Source: Candidatus Kaiserbacteria bacterium (GTDB taxonomy: Bacteria > Patescibacteriota > Minisyncoccia > Phycocordibacterales > JABAAK01). Taken from it: a DNA stretch of 64,000 bases. The stretch spans positions 18,836 to 82,835 of the forward strand of contig JAPOOC010000005.1 in assembly GCA_026713605.1 (NCBI GenBank). Reading direction: 5' to 3'. The notes under the pieces were generated by a model. The model had not been told where the DNA came from. It was given only the letters and a program-made list of their open reading frames with translations, and did not search any database. Shown here one piece after another: positions 48,843-58,046 of the stretch (positions within the stretch are counted from its first letter, which is position 1; each line of letters begins with the position of its first letter). Position numbers and translations under genes: made by a program.

Positions 48843-50708
48843 TTAGTGTACCGTACATCCAACTTCCTGCAGTTCTATTGCGATACTCTTGAGGGATTCT
48901 TCTATTCGCATCATCTCTTTTTCTTCTTCTCTTATCTCTGCCTCTGGATAGGTGTGTTCAGGCGCTTCGCCAAACGCATACTCAGCCACTTGTTCTTTGT
49001 AGATAAATTCAAAGTCATCTCTAGCAACAGGTTTGTCATACCCATCTTCAAAAAATCCCCCGAGATTTCTCAGATTCTGCTCAATAAAATCCTTATCAGT
49101 CGTTCCATCATCTATTTCATCAACAAACGATTCCTTTAGGTGATAATCAAGTGTGTGTCGGTATTCATCCCGCTCCCATGCCTCAAATACTTTTACCAGA
49201 GATCGTATGGAGGGTACATTTTTCTCAAGATTCTTTCCGATGCCATCATACTCAAGTTCCCTTTTTCCTGAGAAACTCTCCTGCAAAATTCGTGCGGCTT
49301 TTGCAAGCTCCCACAATTTTTCTATAGAGCCCTTCGGCAGATGTATGTTTCCGCGCCTGTCCATCACTTTTGCAAGCATAATATGAAATAACTCATCTCC
49401 CATGGCAACCTCTTCAAGACCACCTTCTGTACTCTGTGGCACATAATCATATTCCATTCTTGTGAACCTGCTTAAGAACGCCGGATCCAATGTCTGCCTA
49501 CCAACATAACTGCTATTTGTCTGTGTATTCAGATTTCCAGTCAAAATGATATTAAACCCCGGTTTCGCGATAACCTTCTTACCACCGTTGTGATGTAACA
49601 CAACAGTATTTTTTCCAGGCGTCATCCTCACAGATGCTAATATATCGTTCAAACAAATGAGTGTCTCGTGCGGTATTGCATTCGCCTCATCAATCACAAG
49701 CACTTTTCCTTCTTCCATCGCCTTATACACAGGACCATATTCAAATTCGGTTGTATTTCCAGTATCTAACTTATTATGCACTTCGGCCAGTATGAGATCC
49801 CATTGCTGATTTCCTTTCTCTTGTAGCGTTTCTTCATCCTGTTTCTTAGCCCATACTTCAAATTCTTCTTCTGCGTTCTCTCGTATCTCTTTCATTAATT
49901 TTGGATCCTTCTCTGATCCCTTCAGCACATATCGACCAAAAAAATCAGATCTGGTTACATTTTCATCACCAGAAATGCGATAAAATGGATGCTCTTCTTT
50001 ACTTTCAGGGTTAATTTCCCGATAAACCTCTTCAGCAACCTGAAACGCAAGTTGTGACTTTCCACTCCCAAGGTGTCCAGAGATGAATACTGGCTGCGCT
50101 GCGCGAATATTTTCGGAAACCTTATCAAACCTCTCCTGCACATATGGTGTTCTTACCAACTTCTCATTCAAAAGTGACCTTTTGTACCCTCGTAAGGTAA
50201 GCAGGTGATGTACATACCATGCCTCTGGGTTGGATTGCATGTTGTCCTCCAATCTTTTCTCAGCAGACCCTTTTCTCTCCTTCAATGTCTGTAGTGCTTC
50301 GCCTATTTCTGTGCTGGCATATCCTCTCTTTCGAATGTCCCAAGCATTTTCCAAAAGTTCCCGTTCAATTTTATCAAGCAATTTCATCTCAAGAACAACT
50401 GATCGGTAATCCTCCCCGATCTTTTTCATGTTTTTTGCCTTCTCGGCAAACAGCAACTTTTCGTCCTCGCTTAGTGCCTCTGACAGATCCTCTGCCTCAT
50501 TCTTTTTAGACCCTGACACCTCTTCCCTATCATTCTTGCTAATACTTTCAAAGTACTTATGTATTGAGCCACCTTCATTAAGCCACTTAATACTCGCAAT
50601 ATTTTTTTCATCGATGTACTCTTTTGATCGCTCTTCCACCACTTTCTGTTCTCGCTGCGACTGATACTCGCGGACATTTTTTCTTACGCCTTTTTCAAAT
50701 TTTTTCAT
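48843..50708 (-). CDS. MoxR-like AAA+ ATPase (AAA_5 type)
   Basis: Walker A FISGHLGSGKSQLA and Walker B VLVIDEANAI, with N-terminal coiled-coil-rich and C-terminal extensions. 621 aa. Confidence 0.65.
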   Translation of the reverse strand: MKKFEKGVRKNVREYQSQREQKVVEERSKEYIDEKNIASIKWLNEGGSIHKYFESISKNDREEVSGSKKNEAEDLSEALSEDEKLLFAEKAKNMKKIGEDYRSVVLEMKLLDKIERELLENAWDIRKRGYASTEIGEALQTLKERKGSAEKRLEDNMQSNPEAWYVHHLLTLRGYKRSLLNEKLVRTPYVQERFDKVSENIRAAQPVFISGHLGSGKSQLAFQVAEEVYREINPESKEEHPFYRISGDENVTRSDFFGRYVLKGSEKDPKLMKEIRENAEEEFEVWAKKQDEETLQEKGNQQWDLILAEVHNKLDTGNTTEFEYGPVYKAMEEGKVLVIDEANAIPHETLICLNDILASVRMTPGKNTVVLHHNGGKKVIAKPGFNIILTGNLNTQTNSSYVGRQTLDPAFLSRFTRMEYDYVPQSTEGGLEEVAMGDELFHIMLAKVMDRRGNIHLPKGSIEKLWELAKAARILQESFSGKRELEYDGIGKNLEKNVPSIRSLVKVFEAWERDEYRHTLDYHLKESFVDEIDDGTTDKDFIEQNLRNLGGFFEDGYDKPVARDDFEFIYKEQVAEYAFGEAPEHTYPEAEIREEEKEMMRIEESLKSIAIELQEVGCTVH

Positions 50709-50810
50709 ATTGTATTTATTATACTTGCTAATTATGATTATTTATATAGTACCATATTGAATTCCCCGCTGAAATACAACAGACCTAATATGCACCTGAG
50801 CAAGTTCTGG

Positions 50811-51446
50811 CTACTTGTCTGAGACAAACAAAAACTCCTTGTCGGAAGGCCAGCCAGAGCCCACATTAAGAGTGATCAGCTGAGAACTACGGTGGAAATA
50901 GGAAGTGTTGACAGTCCTGAACACATAAGCATCGCCGCCAAAATTGTCAAGGGGTTTCATGCCAATAGCAACATCTTCTTTAGTATCATCTGTCAGGCAA
51001 TGCTGTGGTCCGACCCATGCAGGGCAGGGTTTGAATCCTTGCGCTTTTGCGGCTTTGAGTACTTCTCTTGTGGTGCTGCCGCCAGGGAGTCCGAGGTCTC
51101 TCATGGTTACTTTCTTGAGGCGTACCCGACCCTCTGGTATGGTGTGAAGTCGGTTTAGGAGGTGCTTTGTATTGAGTAATACCTGGAACCCCCTTTCCTC
51201 AAGTGCCTCTATATACGCCGCACCAGAGCGATACTCAGCAGAAAGGTAGAATATGCCTTCTCGCTTTTCTTTGTAGAACACGATGTTTTCCCGCAATCGC
51301 TCTGTTTCAGTAGCAAAACTGGTACGGAGTTCCTTCGCTTTTTCAGAGTCACTGCCTTCACTCATTAGTATTGCTCTATACTCATCTGCAGTGTCCTGTA
51401 GTGCCTGGTACTGTTGCTCTAAGGATTCGCAGGTTACCTCTTGCAT
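50811..51446 (-). CDS. paralogous family protein 2
   Basis: Same N-terminal family (MQEVTCESLEQQYQALQDTADEYRAILMSEGSDSEKAKELRTSFATETERLRENIV...), divergent C-terminus. Confidence 0.5.
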   Translation of the reverse strand: MQEVTCESLEQQYQALQDTADEYRAILMSEGSDSEKAKELRTSFATETERLRENIVFYKEKREGIFYLSAEYRSGAAYIEALEERGFQVLLNTKHLLNRLHTIPEGRVRLKKVTMRDLGLPGGSTTREVLKAAKAQGFKPCPAWVGPQHCLTDDTKEDVAIGMKPLDNFGGDAYVFRTVNTSYFHRSSQLITLNVGSGWPSDKEFLFVSDK

Positions 51447-51458
51447 ATAGATACAGTA

Positions 51459-53717
51459 TTACATAGAATCGACAACAATACTACGAAGTGCCTCTGAAAG
51501 TGCCCCGGGAAGTTGTCCAACATCTTCACCGACCAATACCCCTCGTGTTTCATTACCCCTATTCCACGCAATGTGAAATGATTTTCTCTCGCCCTTGTCA
51601 ACACTGCCAATTTGAAAAGCACGAGCTATCACACCAGTTTCATGTAACGATGCAACCTCTTCTTGTACTTCTTTAGGGTCATTGGAGCCACCATCAGTAA
51701 TCATAAAGACAATTTCCAGCATCTTCTTTTCACGAATTTTGCGTACACAATCACTATCTGTGTGTATGGCACTTGACACCGTTTTAATCGCATTGGCATC
51801 ATCTGTCGAACCTCCGCTGTGGAGGGTGCCGAGCATTTTTGCTAATTTCACATCCTCGTCAACAGAATCTTCTGATCGAAACGATTTAATTTCTTGTGTT
51901 CCACCGGCAAACTCCCAAACCTGTGTGTCAACTTTTGTCTGTATTGCACCTTCCTCATTTTTCTGCCAGTCAACCCGTTTTTGAAATTCGTTCAACGAAG
52001 ACACCAGCAATACAATGCTTTGCTTTAAGATGTGCATTTTTTGTGCGTCCATAGAGCCGGACACATCACCAATAATGCGCACATGCACCTCCTCCGGAAA
52101 AGATATTTTTTTCTGCTCAAGTGTCATCTTTTTAAATATACGAGCGTTTTCAGCGCTCCCCGCCAGTATCCGCGGATATTCTTCAACAATAGCATCTATG
52201 TTAATGTCACTTCCTTCTTGATGTCTCCCACTGATAACTCTGCGTTTACCTATCGTACGGTACACCTGCAACAGTGTCTGCCAAAATTCAGACAAATCCT
52301 GTATGGGTTGCTCCAGCTCATCCTGCATTTCTCTCAGATGTTCTATTTCCCCATTTCTCAGTCCGTTTTCCCTTTCAAGATCCCGATCTTTTCTTTCTGC
52401 GAGATCTTTTTGTTTTTCTTCTGGCGTCTTTTTATCCCACTGCTCCTTTTCTACTTGTTCCTCCTCCTCTTCTTTTTTCCGCTCCGCACGATTTTCTATC
52501 TCATCAATCATTTCATCCCAATCATACTGATCAGGGCTATGCTTGCTATGATCTTGATATTCTTTCTCCCATGGATCACCAAATGGATTTGAACTGCCTT
52601 GCTGTCCACCCTCTTGCTGCTCACCACCTCCTTCACCTCCCTGACTTTCTCCACTTTCGCCCTCTTCCCCGCCTTCCTGCCCTTCCTCGCCCTCTTCCCC
52701 ACCTTCCTCTCCCTCTTCTGGTGGTGATGACGGCTCCCAATCCTCAAGGTCTCTGAGCAACAAATCCGTAAAAACAGGTTCAAGGGTGTGTCGAAGTGCT
52801 GTGTACCGCTCTTTTACTGTTGCGCCGTAGATATTGGATTTCTTTACACTCTTTTCTACACATTCTCTAGGGGTCATCTCCTCACCAAACCAGCGAACAC
52901 ACCTCTTGTCTAAAATCTCCTGCACCTCGTCACCCACCTCCACCTGCTCATCCGGCACCATCTCTTCTCGCAAGAGTGCGTAAAGGAATTGAAAATGGCG
53001 AGGCAAATCAGCATAGTTAGCCCCAGGAAACAACTTATACCTATACAAATCAACAATTGCATTCCGATGTCGCCCAGTGTTCCTGTTATACGGATGTGCT
53101 CGACGAGATACCTGATTATTCACAAACACATCATCAAAGATATTAAAAAAAGTGCTGTACGCCTTCATACCACCCTGATCAATACTCCGTATCTTCCGAC
53201 CCCCTTTTGTGCCAACGGGTATCTCTTTTTTGCATTTTTCAACAGCGTCAGGGTGTGTGTCACCAAATTTCTCTTCTAGTATACCGAGCATGTGATCACC
53301 TATCTCTCGTGCTCTTTCTATACCGTGATCAACGTTATACCGCAACACATCCTCAGGTGATTCAGTAAAATCGCGGTAATGCGATAGTTCGTGCAATGTT
53401 ACCCAAAGCATCTCCCCCTCGGAGTAACCCTGTTCATGAAACCACTCATGATCAAGGGTCACTTCTTTATCCATAAGATTAAAGAAAAATCCTCCGCCTC
53501 CCTCAATATTGAACTTCACATCACCACCAGCAAATTCATTCAGCATTCTTTTGTTTTTCTCCAAAAAACCACCGACCACCTCTCTCATTTCCTGCAGTTC
53601 TGGAGACTCTCCTTTCTTTTGCTCTACAGTTTTCTCCGCCACCTCCTCATTCTTACCATCAAACGAATCTTTATTTTTGTCTTTACCTGCAACAAATTTT
53701 TCAAACTTAACATGCAT
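51459..53717 (-). CDS. vWA-domain protein with N-terminal HExxH putative metallopeptidase domain (DUF2201-like partner of MoxR)
   Basis: HExxH in VTLHELSHYRD, a long acidic Gly/Glu low-complexity linker, and C-terminal vWA with MIDAS DVSGSMD and ITDGGSNDP. 752 aa. Confidence 0.6.
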   Translation of the reverse strand: MHVKFEKFVAGKDKNKDSFDGKNEEVAEKTVEQKKGESPELQEMREVVGGFLEKNKRMLNEFAGGDVKFNIEGGGGFFFNLMDKEVTLDHEWFHEQGYSEGEMLWVTLHELSHYRDFTESPEDVLRYNVDHGIERAREIGDHMLGILEEKFGDTHPDAVEKCKKEIPVGTKGGRKIRSIDQGGMKAYSTFFNIFDDVFVNNQVSRRAHPYNRNTGRHRNAIVDLYRYKLFPGANYADLPRHFQFLYALLREEMVPDEQVEVGDEVQEILDKRCVRWFGEEMTPRECVEKSVKKSNIYGATVKERYTALRHTLEPVFTDLLLRDLEDWEPSSPPEEGEEGGEEGEEGQEGGEEGESGESQGGEGGGEQQEGGQQGSSNPFGDPWEKEYQDHSKHSPDQYDWDEMIDEIENRAERKKEEEEEQVEKEQWDKKTPEEKQKDLAERKDRDLERENGLRNGEIEHLREMQDELEQPIQDLSEFWQTLLQVYRTIGKRRVISGRHQEGSDINIDAIVEEYPRILAGSAENARIFKKMTLEQKKISFPEEVHVRIIGDVSGSMDAQKMHILKQSIVLLVSSLNEFQKRVDWQKNEEGAIQTKVDTQVWEFAGGTQEIKSFRSEDSVDEDVKLAKMLGTLHSGGSTDDANAIKTVSSAIHTDSDCVRKIREKKMLEIVFMITDGGSNDPKEVQEEVASLHETGVIARAFQIGSVDKGERKSFHIAWNRGNETRGVLVGEDVGQLPGALSEALRSIVVDSM

Positions 53718-53803
53718 GTATGGTTTTATTATAGCAAAAAAAATCCCTCAAGAGTATCGCAATAGAACTGCAGAAATTTGGATGTACGGTATACTAAAGA
53801 CAT

Positions 53804-54454
53804 ATGCAAGAAATAACCTGCGAATCCTTAGAGCAACAGTACCAGGTACTACAAGACATTGCAGACGAGTATAAAGCAATACTAATGAGTGAAGGAAGTG
53901 GCTCTGAAAAAGCGAAAGAACTCCGTACCAGCTTTGCCACTGAAACGGAGCGGTTGCGGGAAAACATTGTGCTCTACAAAGAACGGCAAGAAGGTACGTT
54001 CTACCTTTCTGCTGAGTATCGCTCTGGCGCGGCGTATATAGCAGCACTTGAGGAAAAGAGGGGCCGCCTATTTTCCAGTGCAAAAGACCTCCTCAACCAA
54101 CTCACCACCATACCAGAAGAGCAGGTACGCCTCAAAAAAGTAACCATGAAAGACCTCGGACTCCCTCTCTCTGTCCCTGTCGTCAAAAGCGTAGAAGAAA
54201 TACTCAAAGCCGCAAAAGCACAAGGACTCAAACCCTGCCCTCCATGGGTCGGACCACAGTATTGCCTGGCAGCTGGTGCTGGAAAAGAGAGTGTTGTTAT
54301 TGGCATGGAACCCCTCACCGATTCGTCTGGTCATGCTCGTGTGTTCACTTCCTTTAAAAGTAAAAGACGCGCACGCGGTAATATAACAATGCGCACTTCC
54401 GACTTACTCCTTTATAGCCCTTTCCGGGACTGGTTGTTTGTCTCAGACAAGTAG
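53804..54454 (+). CDS. paralogous family protein 3
   Basis: Same family; divergently transcribed from the vWA gene. Confidence 0.5.
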   Translation: MQEITCESLEQQYQVLQDIADEYKAILMSEGSGSEKAKELRTSFATETERLRENIVLYKERQEGTFYLSAEYRSGAAYIAALEEKRGRLFSSAKDLLNQLTTIPEEQVRLKKVTMKDLGLPLSVPVVKSVEEILKAAKAQGLKPCPPWVGPQYCLAAGAGKESVVIGMEPLTDSSGHARVFTSFKSKRRARGNITMRTSDLLLYSPFRDWLFVSDK

Positions 54455-54516
54455 CTGGTCCTTGCTCAGATGTATTATTTGTTTGAAGAACAGAGTGTAC
54501 GGTACACTAAAGATAT

Positions 54517-55155
54517 ATGCAAGAGATAACCTGCGAATCTTTAGAGCATCAGTACCAGGTGCTACAAGACACTGCAGACGAGTATAGAGCAATACTGATG
54601 AGTGAAGGAAGTGACTCTGAAAAATCGAAAGAACTCCGTACCAGCTTTGCCACTGAAACAGAGCGATTGCGGGAAAACATTGTGCTCTACAAAAAAGAAA
54701 AGCGAGGCGATATATTCTACCTTTCTGCTGAGTATCACTCTGGTGCGGCGTATATAGAGGCGCTTGAGGAAGAGGGGAGCGGGGTAGATCACTCTGCAAG
54801 AATCCTCCTCAACAAACTCACCAGCATACCAGAAGAGCGGGTACGCCTCGAGAGAGTAACCCTGGAAGACCTCGGACTCCCTGATGGCGGCACTACAGAA
54901 GAAGTATTCAAAGCCGCAGAAGCACAAGGACTCAAACCTTGCCCTCCATGGGTCGGACCACAGTATTGTCTGACACGCGATACTAAAGAATGGGTTTCCA
55001 TCGGCATGGAACCCTTCATCGATTCGAATGGCGGAGCTTATATGTTCAATGTCTATAAACGCCGCGGTCAAAAAACGATGTCCACTGTCAAACCAGATTT
55101 TTATTCGTCTGATTGGTCTGACGGTCCTGGGTGGTTGTTTGTCTCAGACAAGTAG
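54517..55155 (+). CDS. paralogous family protein 4
   Basis: Same family; in tandem with paralog 3. Confidence 0.5.
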   Translation: MQEITCESLEHQYQVLQDTADEYRAILMSEGSDSEKSKELRTSFATETERLRENIVLYKKEKRGDIFYLSAEYHSGAAYIEALEEEGSGVDHSARILLNKLTSIPEERVRLERVTLEDLGLPDGGTTEEVFKAAEAQGLKPCPPWVGPQYCLTRDTKEWVSIGMEPFIDSNGGAYMFNVYKRRGQKTMSTVKPDFYSSDWSDGPGWLFVSDK

Positions 55156-55211
55156 CCAGAACTTGCTCATGTGCATACTAGGTCTGTTGCATTTCAACGG
55201 GAAACTCAACA

Positions 55212-57041
55212 CTAACCATCAAGATAATCAATATCTCGCTGGAATATCCGAGCATTTGAAGCAACGGCACGACAGTAATTAAGCGCATGCTGCCGGTATT
55301 GTCCGGTCCGCCAACCTGGACCAGCATAGTAGCTTGCCGCTGCATTACACTCATCTGTTGCAGCACCAAGCTGCTGCAGGTATGTGGCAGAAGCAAAGAA
55401 CGCATCTCGTGGATTCCATGGGTTAGACGGTCGATGATTGCCCGCTTTTTTGCGTATGAGGTCCTTTTCCGCACGATATTGCCACGGACCTGAGAAAAAG
55501 TCCAGTTGATTTATAGCATTTCTCGTCGAATTACCAACGGCTCCGGTGCCACGAGTGTAGCCATAGGGGCGCAAGATCCGATTCGCATACCGCTCCTGAA
55601 AGCGACTTACCGCAGCCGCCACCTTATCGGTGTAGCGACTACTCTCATTGCCAGGGCTTCCCGCTCCACTCGTTGCAACGGTAAACCCGCGCTGGTTTAA
55701 GAACTGTTGCAACCGCTTCACATCCGCACCGGTACTTCCTACCTGCAATATGCGCGTTGTTTGTATCAAATTTCTCACCGGCGAAGCGGTACCAGTCTTC
55801 GCATTCACCAATCCTGCAAACCGAACCCAAGTTGACGGAATAAACTGTGCTGGTCCCATAGCACCACCCCAACCAAACCCGGGGTTCGCTGACACTTTCA
55901 ACTCACTCGGATCTTTAAAACCAAGCAATTTCGCAATATAAGGGAAAATCGGCGCGTCTCGAGTCGGGTGCATGTCGGTCAAGTAATTCCCAGTTCCAAC
56001 ATTTTTCCCAAGATCAGATTCATTTTTAATCAAACCCAGCAAGAAAGCAGGTCGCACACCAGTCGCTCGTTCCGCCTCTCGAGCGTACTGCACTGCCTGA
56101 CCAAACGAAATATCGGCACTACCTTGCAACTCAAAAAGTCGGTTATTTATCTCCGCAACACGGCTCTCATATTCGCTCAATTTCTCCGTAGTTTGTTTCT
56201 CCTGTGCAACCTGTATATCAAGCAATTGCTGCTTTTGTTTCCGTTGAGATTGCACCTGATTCACCGTCGCCCGCTGCTGTTGCCATGCTGACCCATGCTC
56301 ATCTTTTTTCTCTTCAAGGTCGTCAATATTTGCCGCAACTCGTTCCCGCAACGATCCAACCCGACGAATAGAATCCTCAACGGTTTTCCGCAATGATTGA
56401 TACTCATTGATACGGGTAAAAAAAGAAGAGAGGGTCACATTAGAGAACAAAAACCGGGCAAACCCTTCCTGCTCTAATTCATTAATGCGCTGCAACAACG
56501 CCCATAAGAACTGCTGATTTTCAGCAAGTTGTCGGGCAAGATCCTCAACGGTCTCTTCTTTATCAACAATTTCTTTCCCCAACGCCTCAATAGCCAAGTC
56601 AATTTGACGGATACGAACAAGTCCTTTATTGATTTCATTATTAATAAGCAGAATATCAGATTCCGTATTTTTTCGTTCGCTAGATTGCTGCTCCAGTATC
56701 TTTTCATTCTTTTCAATTTGCGCTTGACATTCCGCAAGTGCCTGCTCTAACGCTTCCCGACTGGTGCCGAGATCAGTGAAACATTCTTCCGCAGAGACGG
56801 GGAAGGAAAAAAAGTGTAGCGAAAATGCTGACAACACCAGCAATAAAAAAGCAGAGCAAACAGATTTCTCACCCCGCATCAGGGACATCTCCCTCGCCAC
56901 CGTCCTCAGCGGCCTCTTCATCCTCCTTCTTACCGCCCTTGCCGGTAACCTCAATTTTTGATAGGTAATCTTCATCAATTTCTGGTTCCTGTTCTTCTTC
57001 TTGAGATTCCTCCACAATAGACACAATGATCTCATCCGCAT
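55212..57041 (-). CDS. secreted coiled-coil protein with lytic-transglycosylase-like and peptidoglycan-binding domains
   Basis: Signal peptide (SVCSAFLLLVLSAFSLHFFSFPVSA), a long coiled coil, a PG_binding_1-like segment (GSTGADVKRLQQFLNQRGF...RFQERY) and a C-terminal SLT-like region (ATYLQQLGA...YYAGPGW). Confidence 0.5.
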   Translation of the reverse strand: MRMRSLCLLWRNLKKKNRNQKLMKITYQKLRLPARAVRRRMKRPLRTVAREMSLMRGEKSVCSAFLLLVLSAFSLHFFSFPVSAEECFTDLGTSREALEQALAECQAQIEKNEKILEQQSSERKNTESDILLINNEINKGLVRIRQIDLAIEALGKEIVDKEETVEDLARQLAENQQFLWALLQRINELEQEGFARFLFSNVTLSSFFTRINEYQSLRKTVEDSIRRVGSLRERVAANIDDLEEKKDEHGSAWQQQRATVNQVQSQRKQKQQLLDIQVAQEKQTTEKLSEYESRVAEINNRLFELQGSADISFGQAVQYAREAERATGVRPAFLLGLIKNESDLGKNVGTGNYLTDMHPTRDAPIFPYIAKLLGFKDPSELKVSANPGFGWGGAMGPAQFIPSTWVRFAGLVNAKTGTASPVRNLIQTTRILQVGSTGADVKRLQQFLNQRGFTVATSGAGSPGNESSRYTDKVAAAVSRFQERYANRILRPYGYTRGTGAVGNSTRNAINQLDFFSGPWQYRAEKDLIRKKAGNHRPSNPWNPRDAFFASATYLQQLGAATDECNAAASYYAGPGWRTGQYRQHALNYCRAVASNARIFQRDIDYLDG

Positions 57042-57540
57042 TCGTTACCAGTGTAACATTGTCAGGAAGCGGTATATCAGATGCTGTCAAACGGGAGCCA
57101 ATCTCCTCCAAACCATCAACAGCAACTGTTACCTGACTCGGAATGTGCTGTGGTAAGGCACGCACCTCAACCTTATCAAGAGTTGCCAATACCTGTCCTC
57201 CATACGCCTTTTCCGCCGGCGACTCTCCCTCAATATGTATCGACACCTCATGGGTAACCTCGTGCGTCGCATCAACAAAAAGAAAATCAAGGTGTATTGG
57301 TTCTCGGGAAACCGGATGATAGGCAATATCCTGCACCATCACCTGTTTCCCCGACAAATCACCCTCCGTCTCAAACACCATCGCATCAGATGCAAGTGCT
57401 TTCTTCAGCATTTTCGCCTCAACAGCAAACGACTGTGACTCCTCCTGATTCCCATAGCAAACAACAGGAACCTGCCCCTGCTCACGCAGACCAGCAACCT
57501 CCTTACCAAACAACTCCCGTTTCGCAAACGCTATTTTCAT
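56869..57540 (-). CDS. rplY: 50S ribosomal protein L25/general stress protein Ctc with acidic C-terminal tail
   Basis: MKIAFAKRELFGKEVAGLREQGQVPVVCYG typical L25 N-terminus. The ORF-track start at 57588 is probably too long. Confidence 0.7.
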   Translation of the reverse strand: MKIAFAKRELFGKEVAGLREQGQVPVVCYGNQEESQSFAVEAKMLKKALASDAMVFETEGDLSGKQVMVQDIAYHPVSREPIHLDFLFVDATHEVTHEVSIHIEGESPAEKAYGGQVLATLDKVEVRALPQHIPSQVTVAVDGLEEIGSRLTASDIPLPDNVTLVTNADEIIVSIVEESQEEEQEPEIDEDYLSKIEVTGKGGKKEDEEAAEDGGEGDVPDAG

Positions 57541-57689
57541 ACTGTATATACTACCATAGTACCGCACATAGTTCTGCGTATAATCCACCCAACAGCAGCA
57601 AACAAACGCAGTCCAGTCATTTTTTGCATACCACAGGAAGAAGAAAAGCTTGAAAAATCAAGATTTTTTATCAAAAATCACCATAAAAA

Positions 57690-57718
57690 TTGACAAATTG
57701 ATACATATGATGTATAAT
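57690..57718 (+). promoter_or_regulatory. perfect-consensus sigma70 promoter TTGACA-17-TATAAT
   Basis: TTGACA at 57690-57695, a 17-nt spacer, TATAAT at 57713-57718. Confidence 0.55.
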
Positions 57719-57808
57719 ATATCATACATGGCAAGGTTGTGACGAGGGAAGACAAGCAGTACCCGACACTCTTTTTCAAAAATATTATTCACTACATATA
57801 CACCATAT

Positions 57809-57922
57809 ATGAAGCTCTACCAAAAGCTGATAGCAGCCGTCATAGTCACCACTCTGATGACGACGATCGCCGCTATTACAACTGCGTCAACCATTATGTT
57901 CTACAGTGTCGCCTACGCATAA
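57809..57922 (+). CDS. candidate 37-aa hydrophobic peptide (MKLYQKLIAAVIVTTLMTTIAAITTASTIMFYSVAYA)
   Basis: Lies 90 nt downstream of the consensus promoter and is followed by intrinsic terminator AAACGACCGAG-aatatt-CTCGGTCGTTTT (57943-57971). Single TM-like helix; no obvious SD. Confidence 0.3.
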   Translation: MKLYQKLIAAVIVTTLMTTIAAITTASTIMFYSVAYA

Positions 57923-58046
57923 AAACGCAGATAAAAAACTCAAAACGACCGAGAATATTCTCGGTCGTTTTGATTTCCTGCAAAAACAAATAAAAAACAG
58001 TGGTACTGAAAAACAGAGAAAGCGATCTACAACGACCACCGAAACC

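Noticed and set aside
48201-55155. Diversity-generating retroelement explanation for the variable C-termini of the four paralogs.
   Set aside because: No reverse transcriptase ORF and no template/variable repeat pair with adenine-specific mismatches in the window.
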